64,000 nucleotides of DNA from Candidatus Bathyarchaeota archaeon (GTDB taxonomy: Archaea; Thermoproteota; Bathyarchaeia; 40CM-2-53-6), in assembly GCA_963833125.1 (NCBI GenBank), contig CAWHWX010000005.1, positions 71,506 to 135,505 of the forward strand, read 5' to 3'. The notes under the pieces were generated by a model. The model made no database searches, had not been told where the DNA came from, and was given only the letters and a program-made list of their open reading frames with translations. A program made the translations under genes and the position numbers. Positions 1 to 9,558 of the stretch are shown here, one piece after another. Position 1 is the stretch's first letter, and every line of letters begins with the position of its first letter.

Positions 1-304
1 GGATGTAGGTCTTTTCGAGCTCCTGGGGCGTCTTCCCCATAAGGCCGGATGCACAATCGATGAAGTACATGTTCTCAGTCGGAATCCTTTGGGCCTGCAT
101 TATCTCCGTTAGTGAGAAGTATGGTTTGTTCACGGAGATGTAAACCCCCGTTGTTTGAGGGGTTACGACGTGTTGCAGCACCGAAAGAATCGTAGCCACA
201 TATTCCTCCGGCGGGCTGGTTACCATGATCAAGTAATTTGAAGGGAGTCCGACGAGGCCTTGCTGTACGGCCTCATCAATCGTGATCTGTTGTGCCGTGG
301 GTGG
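1..304 (-). CDS. KaiC/RecA-like (DUF835/DUF7504-type) inactive ATPase-fold protein, runs off the window edge; start codon unclear
   Basis: Manual translation gives ...NYLIMVTSPPEEY...GVYISVNKPY...MYFIDCASG, typical of archaeal KaiC-like/DUF835 domains. Open frame continues to position 1. Confidence 0.6.
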
Positions 305-592
305 TCACCGTATGACCATCGCACCCTTCAGGAAGCAAGCAACTGCTGCGATGTCGAATACCCGGGCGGCAAGCGTGATGAAGAGAAGATCCATATGAAG
401 TGGGAATGCAATCCAATTGAATATGCTCAAGGCTAACATTGAACCGAGGCCCATGGAGTACCAGAACATTATCTTTCCAATCACACCGCTGAATCGTCGC
501 CTCACTCGGAACTGGTAGTAATTGGCTAGAATAATCAGGACAAGAATGATGACCCCTGTGCCAATGTTGAAGAAGTCTCCCACGGGAAACAT
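305..592 (-). CDS. small 3-TM membrane protein (possible sensor)
   Basis: 95-aa ORF with three hydrophobic helices, directly upstream of the KaiC-like gene. Confidence 0.6.
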   Translation of the reverse strand: MFPVGDFFNIGTGVIILVLIILANYYQFRVRRRFSGVIGKIMFWYSMGLGSMLALSIFNWIAFPLHMDLLFITLAARVFDIAAVACFLKGAMVIR

Positions 593-654
593 GAAAATCG
601 TTGATGCAAGCTTGCTAAGAGAATAAATGCCTATTGCCTTACGGGCGCCCAGTT

Positions 655-1203
655 CTAGATTGTGCTAGAACGAAGACGCTTACCAAGCCTGTGGTCCCGA
701 AGGACCTTAGCTCCTAATCTTGCCCACTTAACGAATGATTTTGGCTTCTTTCGGATCTCCTTCAATACTTCACCAAAGGTCGCCCATTTGTACCCATAAG
801 CTACTTTGGGATTTGGTTTCACTTTTCCATCGTACTTGCCAACGATTACTGCGCAATGTTCGTTCTCACACTTCTTTCCCTGTTGGGCGAAGTAGTTGAA
901 TGCCCCAATCTTTCTAAACGATATCCCACCGACTCCGAATTCCTGTCGCACGCAGCGGGCGGCGGCTTCAGAATAGGACTCGTTTCTCCTCTTCAATCGT
1001 AAGGGGTGGCTTGCACCCGTCAGGTCCCACCGATTGGAAAATAGATCATGCTTTCTTCTTTGCAGAAGTAGCTCGCCTCTATTATTGTACAGTGCAACCA
1101 CGAAAGCCCTGTGACGCTTCCCCTTCCCTGTGTGACAGAGGCTTCGCGGGGCGTACCCCAGTATCCTATCGTTGTTATTCACAAGGATCAGTGTTTGTTC
1201 CAA
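655..1203 (-). CDS. idi: type 1 isopentenyl-diphosphate delta-isomerase-like NUDIX protein
   Basis: Motifs CH..GKRHRAF, LLLQRR, W...SHP, FNY and CENEHC match IDI-1. The catalytic Cys position reads Ala. Confidence 0.7.
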   Translation of the reverse strand: MEQTLILVNNNDRILGYAPRSLCHTGKGKRHRAFVVALYNNRGELLLQRRKHDLFSNRWDLTGASHPLRLKRRNESYSEAAARCVRQEFGVGGISFRKIGAFNYFAQQGKKCENEHCAVIVGKYDGKVKPNPKVAYGYKWATFGEVLKEIRKKPKSFVKWARLGAKVLRDHRLGKRLRSSTI

Positions 1204-1400
1204 AAACTGTCACGCTTACCTCGGCAAGTTTGGCGCGGTAAGCAGCTGAGCGAATATTAAGATTGCCAACTCTGCAGTCAAAGAGAAGATAGAAGGGAGT
1301 GTAAGGAGTAGGTTTCTACTGCAGGAAACCACAGCCTTAATTGCGTCTCGGAAACCGGAGAGCTTTACAGCAACCAAAACTCTGAGGATATGAGATTAGT

Positions 1401-2306
1401 TTGAAACTTGCACATTATGTTAGAGACGGCTCAACTCGGGTCGGAATCGTGCAGGACAAACGCATTTTCGACCTTCAAGATGCTGCGAAGAAGTTGAAGT
1501 CGTCTGCCCTCAACGAAATGTTGACAATCGATTCGCTTCTTGCAAACGGTACCATTTCTTCGTTACTGGCTGCTTCGAATCTTACGGGGGATGTCCAAGG
1601 TGTGCCGGTTGAATCGGTAAGGCTGCGCAGCCCGATCCTTAACCCTGAGAAGATCCTACTGATGGCCGTGAACTATCATTCCCACAGCAAGGAATGGCAG
1701 AAGGATAGCACGCCTACAGAGCCGTACCTTTTCACGAAATTTAGAAACAGCCTAATCGGACCGGGGGATCCGATCCTGATTCCAAAAGTATCACAGAAAG
1801 CCGACTGGGAAGTTGAACTCGCAGTAATCATAGGCAAAGCCGGCAAGAACATTCCCAAGAAGGACGCGATGAGCTACGTTGCAGGCTACGCTGTCTCCAA
1901 TGATGTCAGCTTTAGGGACTGGCAATTCTCCACCCGCCAACCCGACGGAACAACCAAGCTTGGATTGAATTGGGTGAAGGGTAAGGGGTTGGATTCCTCG
2001 TTCCCTCTCGGCCCCTGCTTGGTTACTGCCGATGAGGTACCGAACCCTCACGACCTGGGAATCTCTCTCACCGTCAACGGGAAAACGAGACAGCAATCAA
2101 CTACCGGAGACATGGTCTTCCGTATAGACTCGATAATTGAATACGCTTCAAAAGGCATGACTCTATCCCCAGGTGACATTATCTCAACGGGGACACCCGA
2201 AGGAGTTGCAGCGTTCACCGGCGGCCCATACCTCAAGGACGGCGACGTTCTCGAAGGAACTATAGACCGAATCGGGACATTGCGCAACCCAGTACGGGCA
2301 GAATAG
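1401..2306 (+). CDS. fumarylacetoacetate hydrolase family protein
   Basis: NYHSH, P.LFTK, DWEVELAVIIGK, NDVSFRD, KG.D...PLGP, GDIISTGTPEG. Confidence 0.92.
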   Translation: MKLAHYVRDGSTRVGIVQDKRIFDLQDAAKKLKSSALNEMLTIDSLLANGTISSLLAASNLTGDVQGVPVESVRLRSPILNPEKILLMAVNYHSHSKEWQKDSTPTEPYLFTKFRNSLIGPGDPILIPKVSQKADWEVELAVIIGKAGKNIPKKDAMSYVAGYAVSNDVSFRDWQFSTRQPDGTTKLGLNWVKGKGLDSSFPLGPCLVTADEVPNPHDLGISLTVNGKTRQQSTTGDMVFRIDSIIEYASKGMTLSPGDIISTGTPEGVAAFTGGPYLKDGDVLEGTIDRIGTLRNPVRAE

Positions 2307-2843
2307 GCTTAGAGCACGTTTACCGCTAGTACTTGCTCAATACTTTCACTGTCAAATCCTGGTCTTAAGCTAGGAATTCAAGGAACGATACCCATGGCCG
2401 ATCCTTGACATCTCCGCAGCATTCCTTAGATCCTTAGAAAAATGGTCGTGCTCAGACTTTCCATGAAAACGTCCTCAATATCGTTTCAAGTTGCGCTGCG
2501 CTGGTCCATTCTCTCCGGAGTCGAGCACTTTCACGCACGTCTCCAGAATATCGTTAACGCCGCCGTACTTGTTGGTAGGTGAATGATTTGAAACATTTCG
2601 ATGTCGTAAAGGTTTGCACGCACCCGAAGAAGATCCGTTACCTATTCAGGAATGATCTTTACGAGTTTCTCAGGTGTGAGGGATGCGGGCAGATCGTACG
2701 CCTACCCCTCTAAACGGTCGCTGAACCCTGAACCCCGCGCCACACCGTTGGTGAGGATAGCCCCTTTTTTGTGAGATTCAGCTTGGTTCGTTCACAGCAA
2801 CGCATAAAAGAGGATATGTAGATTCTACTTCTGGTAATGTTTC

Positions 2844-3170
2844 TTGGTGGAGGTCGAGTTGGGTGACCTCAAAAAGGTCGGCAAGGATATCGCCGAAATC
2901 TTAGACAAGAGATTGAAGACAGAGGTCCAGGTGAAAGGAAAGATGCTCCTCGTTCCTGACACGGTGAATGGGAAAAGTTGTGGCGTAAAAGATGTAAAGA
3001 TGCACGTAAAGCATGCATTGCATCAACTTGGTCTCTCAGGACAGTACAGGGTTCTAACGGAGCATCATCTAGTTCGCATAGTCAAGATCGAAGAGAAGGC
3101 ACATTATGCAGACCGTGCTGGGGCGGCACCGCCTCCATCGCAAAGCTTGCCCTACTTCTTTCCGGGCTAA
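2844..3170 (+). CDS. divergent ribosomal protein eL22-like protein
   Basis: Size and pattern (IAEILDKRL...VKMHVKHALHQLGLSGQYRVL) resemble archaeal eL22 homologues. Judged by eye only. Confidence 0.45.
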   Translation: MVEVELGDLKKVGKDIAEILDKRLKTEVQVKGKMLLVPDTVNGKSCGVKDVKMHVKHALHQLGLSGQYRVLTEHHLVRIVKIEEKAHYADRAGAAPPPSQSLPYFFPG

Positions 3171-3805
3171 GATGATTCGGCTAGGTCTGTTAGAGTAATC
3201 TGCTTGGCCCCTTTCGACACCATTTCCTTCACTGCAAGTTTCGAGTCCTCGGGTTTCACATTTACACCCTTCGACACGTCATCTAGGTAGTAGACTTGGA
3301 AGCCGAGGTTTAATGCGTCCAGAACGGTTTCCCTAACACAGTAGTCGGTTGCAAGGCCTCCAACAAAGAGCGCTCGGATTCCACCTCTCAATCCAAGCCG
3401 TAACTTCAGACGCCTCAACCGATGCGCCAAGTCGGTACCTTTGAAGAAAGAGTATGCCTCATCTTTCCTCTCTGCCTTTGAAACAATTTCCCCTTCATTT
3501 GGGGGTAAGAGGTCTGAGCGAAACTTTGCGCCCTCGGTTCCTTGGACACAGTGGGGAGGCCACAGTCCGCCTTGGGCTTTGAATGAGCTATGGTCGGGTG
3601 GATGCCAATCTCGAGTGTAGATGACTGGCGCGCTTGCGCCTCGGAATAGTTGGATGTACTTGTTGAGGACAGGAACTACTCTGTCGCCATCAGGAACTGC
3701 GAGGGCTCCGCCTGGACAGAAATCATTCTGGATGTCCACTACGACCAGTGCTGTGTGCTTGTCGAGTTTGATTGCCAACTTTGTTGCGTTCTTCCGTGCG
3801 TCCAT
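3167..3805 (-). CDS. pncA: nicotinamidase/pyrazinamidase (isochorismatase family)
   Basis: VVDIQNDFCPGGAL, RDWHP..H.SF, WPPHCVQGT, GLATDYCV. Confidence 0.92.
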   Translation of the reverse strand: MDARKNATKLAIKLDKHTALVVVDIQNDFCPGGALAVPDGDRVVPVLNKYIQLFRGASAPVIYTRDWHPPDHSSFKAQGGLWPPHCVQGTEGAKFRSDLLPPNEGEIVSKAERKDEAYSFFKGTDLAHRLRRLKLRLGLRGGIRALFVGGLATDYCVRETVLDALNLGFQVYYLDDVSKGVNVKPEDSKLAVKEMVSKGAKQITLTDLAESS

Positions 3806-3897
3806 CCTTGAAAAAGGATTCCCTAAATTGAATCGTCTGCAACCGTAATACTAATCTACCGTCAATTGGTTCACGACGAGAATCTCTAAGAAACGTC

Positions 3898-4674
3898 GTG
3901 TCTAGTTTGGACCTGATTGACGCGATTATACTGGCGGTAGTTGAGGGACTGACTGAGTTCCTGCCCGTTTCGTCAACAGGCCACACAATTCTTGCAGCCG
4001 CGCTGCTGAACATCGCCCAGACGCCATTTGTTAAGAGTTTCGAGCTCTCACTCGAGTTTGGTTCAATCCTCGCAGTCGTAGTGCTCTATTGGAGATACTT
4101 CTTGGATCTTGAAGTTCTCAAACGTCTGGTCGTCGCCTTTATCCCCACGGGCATAGTTGGGTTACTGATTTACAATTTCTTCAAGGACGTGCTTTTCGGA
4201 AATGAACAAATCGTTTTGTGGGCGTTACTCTTGGGAGGTATTTTCATTATTCTATTCGAATGGCGGTACAAGGAACGTGCAGGGGTCGATGACATATCTA
4301 AAATTCCATACCGAGATTGCCTGCTCATCGGCCTATTTCAAGCGGTGTCTGTGATACCTGGCGTTTCCAGGTCGGCCCCCACGATCATGGGCGGTTTAGC
4401 TTTGGGTATGAAGCGGCAAACAATCGTCCTATTCTCATTTCTGCTCGCGGTGCCGACTATGATAGCGGCTTCAGGGTTTGACCTTGTAATGTCCTACAAC
4501 GAATTCTCGTCCGGCCAAGTGGAGCTGTTGCTCGTCGGATTTGTTGCTTCCTTCCTCGTCGCCATACCCGCCATCAAACTGTTTCTAGGCTATGTAAGGA
4601 AACATAACATCATTCCGTTCGGCATCTACAGAATTTTATTGGTTATCGTGTTTTACTTCTTCGTAATCCTCTAA
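3898..4674 (+). CDS. uppP: undecaprenyl (polyprenyl)-diphosphate phosphatase
   Basis: EGLTEFLPVSSTGH and PGVSRS motifs in a multi-TM protein. Confidence 0.93.
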   Translation: MSSLDLIDAIILAVVEGLTEFLPVSSTGHTILAAALLNIAQTPFVKSFELSLEFGSILAVVVLYWRYFLDLEVLKRLVVAFIPTGIVGLLIYNFFKDVLFGNEQIVLWALLLGGIFIILFEWRYKERAGVDDISKIPYRDCLLIGLFQAVSVIPGVSRSAPTIMGGLALGMKRQTIVLFSFLLAVPTMIAASGFDLVMSYNEFSSGQVELLLVGFVASFLVAIPAIKLFLGYVRKHNIIPFGIYRILLVIVFYFFVIL

Positions 4675-4742
4675 CCCAATTGGGGTTACGCGATCTGATT
4701 CGGTACGGTAATCTATTCGGTTTGATATGCGTGGCTTGGTTT

Positions 4743-4874
<132 letters not shown>

Positions 4875-5076
4875 ATACCACACCCTATTTCGCGCTGTTT
4901 ATGCGCAGATTTTACGCAACCGGGGCGAGTTTTAAACTGCGGGTTTCCTGCTCTAGTTTTCATTTCCAACGAGCGTTTGAACCCACATATCCTGTTACAG
5001 AAACGAGTTACTCGGAGCCTCTTGAGCAATGCTCTGAGCGTTGAATCTTGGGATTTCGAACCTGGGAACGACGGAG

Positions 5077-6061
5077 TTATTGGTAGCTCGTAAGTGGCCT
5101 ATGCTTGCCTTCAATTTCCTCAATGATGTTCTTCAGGGAGACGATATTCGTTGCATCCAGTCTCTTCTTCAGATCGTATATGATGTTCGGCGTAACCAGT
5201 GCTTCCAGTTGCGATCAATAAACCGTACAATGGATGATTTCCTTCGTCTCTGATGTCGATTCGAAACACTGTTCTCCTAATTCGATTTACGACCTGGAGT
5301 TTGGATTCAAAGTATTCGACTATAGGGCCGTAGCCTTCAAGCTGAAGCCAAGCCTCATGAGGGTCTCCAAAGTACTTCTCCAGAAACGGAACGTACGAAG
5401 CATCAGTTCTTGCTTTCTGAACATTTCTTGCGACGCCTTCGGTGAAGTTGAAAACCAAATCCCCTTTTCCTCGACCAAGAAGTGTCACAAGGGTCTCCCA
5501 TGCAGTTTCGGTGTACCCTTCGGGATCAAAGAGGGCAAGGAAGCAGGTTTGGTCCGGGTCGTTCTCATAGATCTCGCTTAGAATGTTGGGAAGTACCGTG
5601 TTGCAGTCGCCTCTCGCAACGCTATATTGCCTATTCGTTGATTTGCTGATTCCAGAAAGCCGCCCATCCAACAAATCGGCTTTGGCGGCGTTGTCTTCGA
5701 CAAAGAAGTATTTCTCAAAATGGGGAGGGGTGGTTTCGGCTGCGAGCGCCACCATCGCTGACCCCGGCACGACATTCTTGTCATCCAGTTTTACTAGCCC
5801 TGAACCAGCGAGCAAATCGAGGTAGAAGCAATGGGAATAATGCCCTGTACGCGCAAGACGGCCGAACTGTGGGATCAAGTAGTTAATCGCAATGAGTTTC
5901 TTGAGAGACCAAAACCCGTACTCGACGTCTTGGGGGGACGCGGTGTCGGCTCCGACATATTTCTTCTTGAGGTCAAAAAGGGTGGCTAGATGTTTTTTCA
6001 TCCATTCATACTGGGTGAGTCTTTTGCGCTTCAAACGCTTGTCAGGGCTGATGGAGCGCAT
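5077..6061 (-). CDS. tcmP: three-Cys-motif partner protein TcmP (SAM methyltransferase-like); frameshift near 5190
   Basis: YLDLLAGSG, FFVED, GDCN, FDPEG motifs. Overlaps the DUF5131 gene. Corrected C-terminus ...NIIYDLKKRL...SYQ* ends at 5077. Confidence 0.82.
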
Positions 6062-6822
6062 AATTCACCCCTCGAGGGAAGCTCAGTTCGAGGCAGAGGT
6101 ATCGACACGTGTGTGGGGTATTCGTTCCATTCTCGTCCGTCGAGCAGTCTACCCCCTGATTTTGGTGTTGGGCCGCCAACTTGTTTGAAGAAGAAAGATA
6201 CTTCCTCTCTAACGCATTGTTCTCTGATTTCTCGCGCCCATTCGCTATTGAATGGCCTGTACCCTGGTCCTGATTCGCCCCCTACTATGACCCAATGGAT
6301 TCCCCGCAGATCGAGTTTTCCTACGGGTCCTATCAATGGTTCAATGCTCAAGAATCGAACATTCGCCTTCACTTTCCTTAGATGGTCGATCCTAAACTTG
6401 TATGAACTGGATTCGACGGATACTCCACACCACATGTTCGCTGGGAAACTGCCGACACGTTCTCCGTATTTCATCATCCGCCACGAGCGCTTCGTAAGCA
6501 CCTGATAGGAATGCTGCGGTGTACGCCGCATGATTTCCAATACCCTGTCAAGGAATTCAAAAGGGATCTTCTCGTGGAAGAAGTCGCTCATGGAGTTTGT
6601 GAAGACAAGTTTTGGTTGATGCCACGTTAGCGGCTTTTCCAACATTCCTTCGTGCAAGTGGATCTCGCTGGGTGCCCATTGATACGTGAGCGAACCCATC
6701 TTCTTGAGCCTAGGATATAGTCGGAACATGTAGCAGTTCTGGCAGCCTTCGGAGATCTTGGTACAACCCGTAGCCCAATTCCAAGTCGCAGTAGTCCACT
6801 CGATAGATGATCGGTCGGCCAT
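6031..6822 (-). CDS. DUF5131 / phage Gp37-Gp68 family radical-SAM-like protein
   Basis: SSIEWTTATWN..TGCTKISEGCQNCY, FTNSMSDFFH, RFLSIEPL, WVIVGGESG, FFFKQ.GG. Confidence 0.93.
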   Translation of the reverse strand: MADRSSIEWTTATWNWATGCTKISEGCQNCYMFRLYPRLKKMGSLTYQWAPSEIHLHEGMLEKPLTWHQPKLVFTNSMSDFFHEKIPFEFLDRVLEIMRRTPQHSYQVLTKRSWRMMKYGERVGSFPANMWCGVSVESSSYKFRIDHLRKVKANVRFLSIEPLIGPVGKLDLRGIHWVIVGGESGPGYRPFNSEWAREIREQCVREEVSFFFKQVGGPTPKSGGRLLDGREWNEYPTHVSIPLPRTELPSRGELCAPSALTSV

Positions 6823-6866
6823 AGGCTACGTCACCGACCTCTATCCCTATCGGCTTATGGCTTTTA

Positions 6867-7823
6867 TTAGCTGGAAGGCGTCTGAGGAGAGATGGTCGGG
6901 GCCGGGGTCCTATCAATAATAGATGTTGGCATTGCGAGTTTGTGTTCCAATTCGAATACCGGCCTGTTTTTGGAGGCGATTTTGTTCAAGACGAAGGCAG
7001 CGTCCTTTGGCGAATCCCAGATCGCGTCCAAGACTTCTTTGACTTCTTCCTCGTTTCTGCAATCTCGGCAAATCCGTTGTACCGTAATTTGATGGTCGAT
7101 CCCTCGTTGCACTAGTTTTTCATTCAAATCTGATGTCCGGATGAGTTGAATGTTACATCTCGCGGCGTATTGGCTTAGAGTTAAGATTCCTCCATCCTTC
7201 AGTCGGATCCTCTCTTTTGGATCAAAGGTTCCTCCAGCGAACACCCCGACGACGCCGTTTCTCATTGCTCGGCCATCGGGGGTGTCGACTCCAAAGTCCA
7301 TGCTGTAGCGAAGTATGTTCTGAAATTCATCAAGGGTTCGTTTCGTTACTAGGCTGCTCTTGCACTCCAGGCAAAATGTGATTGGCGATTGCAGCGGGCC
7401 TGGCGAGACTTCCCAAACCCGGTCCAATTCAGCGTTCGTTCTTCGATCGCCGACGCTACGTATGAGATGGGTTGTGATTCTGCGTGGGTGCATTCCTTTT
7501 CCACGATGTTGTTGGCTCCAAAACTTCGCTCCAGTCGCAGTCCGTTCGATGAACCAACCTACTACAGATTCAAAGTTGTGCCCCGTTCTGTTCGCGGCGC
7601 CTTTCGATCTTCGGATAAAGTTCTCTCGAAGTTGAATTGCCGAAAATGTCCAACCATGTACTATATCGCAGATCTGCAATGAACTGAAGGCATTACCGCG
7701 CAAAGATATTCTCTCGTCTTTGAACTTCCTTGAAGAACAGGGCAAGCTCGACAAGACAACCGATAGGCAGTACCTAATCCCAGGCGAAGAGGAACTCGAA
7801 CAGTCAACAGATGAAGAAACCAA
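6867..7823 (-). CDS. PD-(D/E)XK restriction-endonuclease-like protein, N-terminus uncertain or truncated
   Basis: GHNFE...ELDRVW...LECK catalytic pattern. The N-terminal ~30 aa look non-native. Confidence 0.6.
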   Translation of the reverse strand: MVSSSVDCSSSSSPGIRYCLSVVLSSLPCSSRKFKDERISLRGNAFSSLQICDIVHGWTFSAIQLRENFIRRSKGAANRTGHNFESVVGWFIERTATGAKFWSQQHRGKGMHPRRITTHLIRSVGDRRTNAELDRVWEVSPGPLQSPITFCLECKSSLVTKRTLDEFQNILRYSMDFGVDTPDGRAMRNGVVGVFAGGTFDPKERIRLKDGGILTLSQYAARCNIQLIRTSDLNEKLVQRGIDHQITVQRICRDCRNEEEVKEVLDAIWDSPKDAAFVLNKIASKNRPVFELEHKLAMPTSIIDRTPAPTISPQTPSS

Positions 7824-8089
7824 CTCAAAGAACTAACCAGCTCAAGAACTCCAAGGATGTGAATTCGATGGCTGCTGAAATCCCACGATTCAAAGTCGAC
7901 GTAATCCTCTGGCATGCTATCGAGCGACTCAATAAGAGACAGCAAACGGCCGACTTGTGGAATATTCTGAAGGAACTCAAATCAAACGGTCGAATGCTAA
8001 CGGAGAAGGAGATCTTGGCGTCGCTGGAACATCATAACGCATATGGTCAAAATACTAAAAACGGCAACAAGCAATATGCTGTCGCATAA
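7811..8089 (+). CDS. small putative winged-helix protein
   Basis: Helical pattern ILWHAIERL..ADLWNILKELK..LTEKEILASLE. Confidence 0.35.
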   Translation: MKKPTQRTNQLKNSKDVNSMAAEIPRFKVDVILWHAIERLNKRQQTADLWNILKELKSNGRMLTEKEILASLEHHNAYGQNTKNGNKQYAVA

Positions 8090-8117
8090 TCCAACACCAC
8101 CTACTTTCTCGGTTTAC

Positions 8118-8527
8118 TTAGCTTCTTGGAGGTGCAATGACCGCAGCAATAATTCCTAGGATAACATTCGCTAAGTTGTCTGATAGGAACTGCCCTACTA
8201 CGTGATGCCAAATCTCAAGCTCCTCATGGAGGCGAGTTGTATCAATCAGCTCGCCTAGGATTGACTTCAGATTTCCTATGAATTGTTCTTGTCCAAACAT
8301 TGCATACCGTCGATAATCAGCTGAATTTGGTTGGAAACCGTAACGGTCTTATCGTTCTGACCCGCCACAAGATTCAAGGCAATTGGCCTGCAGAATCTCT
8401 CTAAATCGCGGATTCCGAAGCGAGCTGTCCTTTGCAAAAGCTTGTTGTATAACAGAAGTCCGTCCAGGCATAGCTTAGATGTTGTATCAATATTGTGGTT
8501 ATCCTTCACCGTGAAGTGCTTGGCCAA
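8118..8527 (-). pseudogene. fragmented hypothetical protein (two short ORFs)
   Basis: Overlapping ORFs 8276-8527 and 8118-8300, co-oriented downstream of parB. Confidence 0.3.
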
Positions 8528-8551
8528 ATCAGTATGAATTCAAGTCTCCCA

Positions 8552-9491
8552 CTAATGCGCGACGATGGGATCTTCAGTACGGTTGTTTGATGCAAGGATT
8601 CGCTCAAACGGGCTTTCCCCGGTATCCGAAAGGCTCTCTCGCACAAATTCATCGATGAGGTTGTGAAAGACAAGCCTCTTTGCAATTAAGAAGTGCTTCA
8701 ATCTTTCTGTTTTCGCTCTGGAGATGACGGCATCCAGCCGTATGAGGGCGATTCGCAAAACTAAGATTGACTCGCCCAACACTTCTCCAGGACGATCGTC
8801 GGTCAACTCTTTGGAGCAAGAGAGCTTGGTCATATGCAGATGCGTTTTCTCAATTGCATTCATTGAACGAATATCTCGTATTGTGTGTCTCAATTCATGT
8901 GTGTTCATCTTCTCTTCAGCAATTATCTTGAGAGCCTGTCGTTGTTGCTCATCACTGTCAAGAGAGAGAATTTCTCCAGCAGCCGTAACCGTTATTTCAT
9001 TCTCTCTAAGCTGCGTGTTGAACATCATCTGGCAGATCAAGAAGAGCAATTCGATGGGATATGTATTCTTGACTCTTCCCAATCTTCTTTGCGAGTTCGC
9101 TTTGACCTCCCCACCCGAGCTCGTCGCAATATCGCTTGAATGCAACGGCCTCCTCAATTGGGTCAAGTGTCTTTCTTTGAATATTCTCGGTGAGAGCAAT
9201 TTCAAAAGAAGATTTGTCGTCTAGATCTAGCACCATACACCTTATTCGTTTATGCCTGAGCAATTTGCATGCTTTCAATCGCCTGTTACCCGCAACTACC
9301 TCGAATCTTCCTTTCACAGGCCTAACAACGATTGGCTCTAGCAAACCGTGTTCACGTATGGACTCTACTAGTTGAACCACGTTGGTAGTCGTAGGATCAC
9401 GAAGTGGTTTCGGTGGAGAACTGGTAAGCGATATCGCTATGTTGTCAAAAACGGCAAGGGAGTACAAGTACCTGTTCATTCTATTGACCAT
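8552..9491 (-). CDS. parB: ParB/RepB/Spo0J family protein; frameshift near 9010
   Basis: LVESIREHGLLEPIVVRP, VVAGNRR, ENIQR.TLDPIEEA and HTH SQSELAKKIGKS. Continues in the 8552-9205 frame. Confidence 0.8.
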
Positions 9492-9558
9492 TACATGAGC
9501 CCAGTGGTCGCAAAATGCCCTGCGATGACATCGCCCTTTTATCTACAAAAGGATAAGT

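Noticed and set aside
2310-2640. Possible gene remnant in the intergenic region
   Set aside because: The minus-strand frames checked are interrupted, the ORF track shows nothing here, and no family is recognisable.
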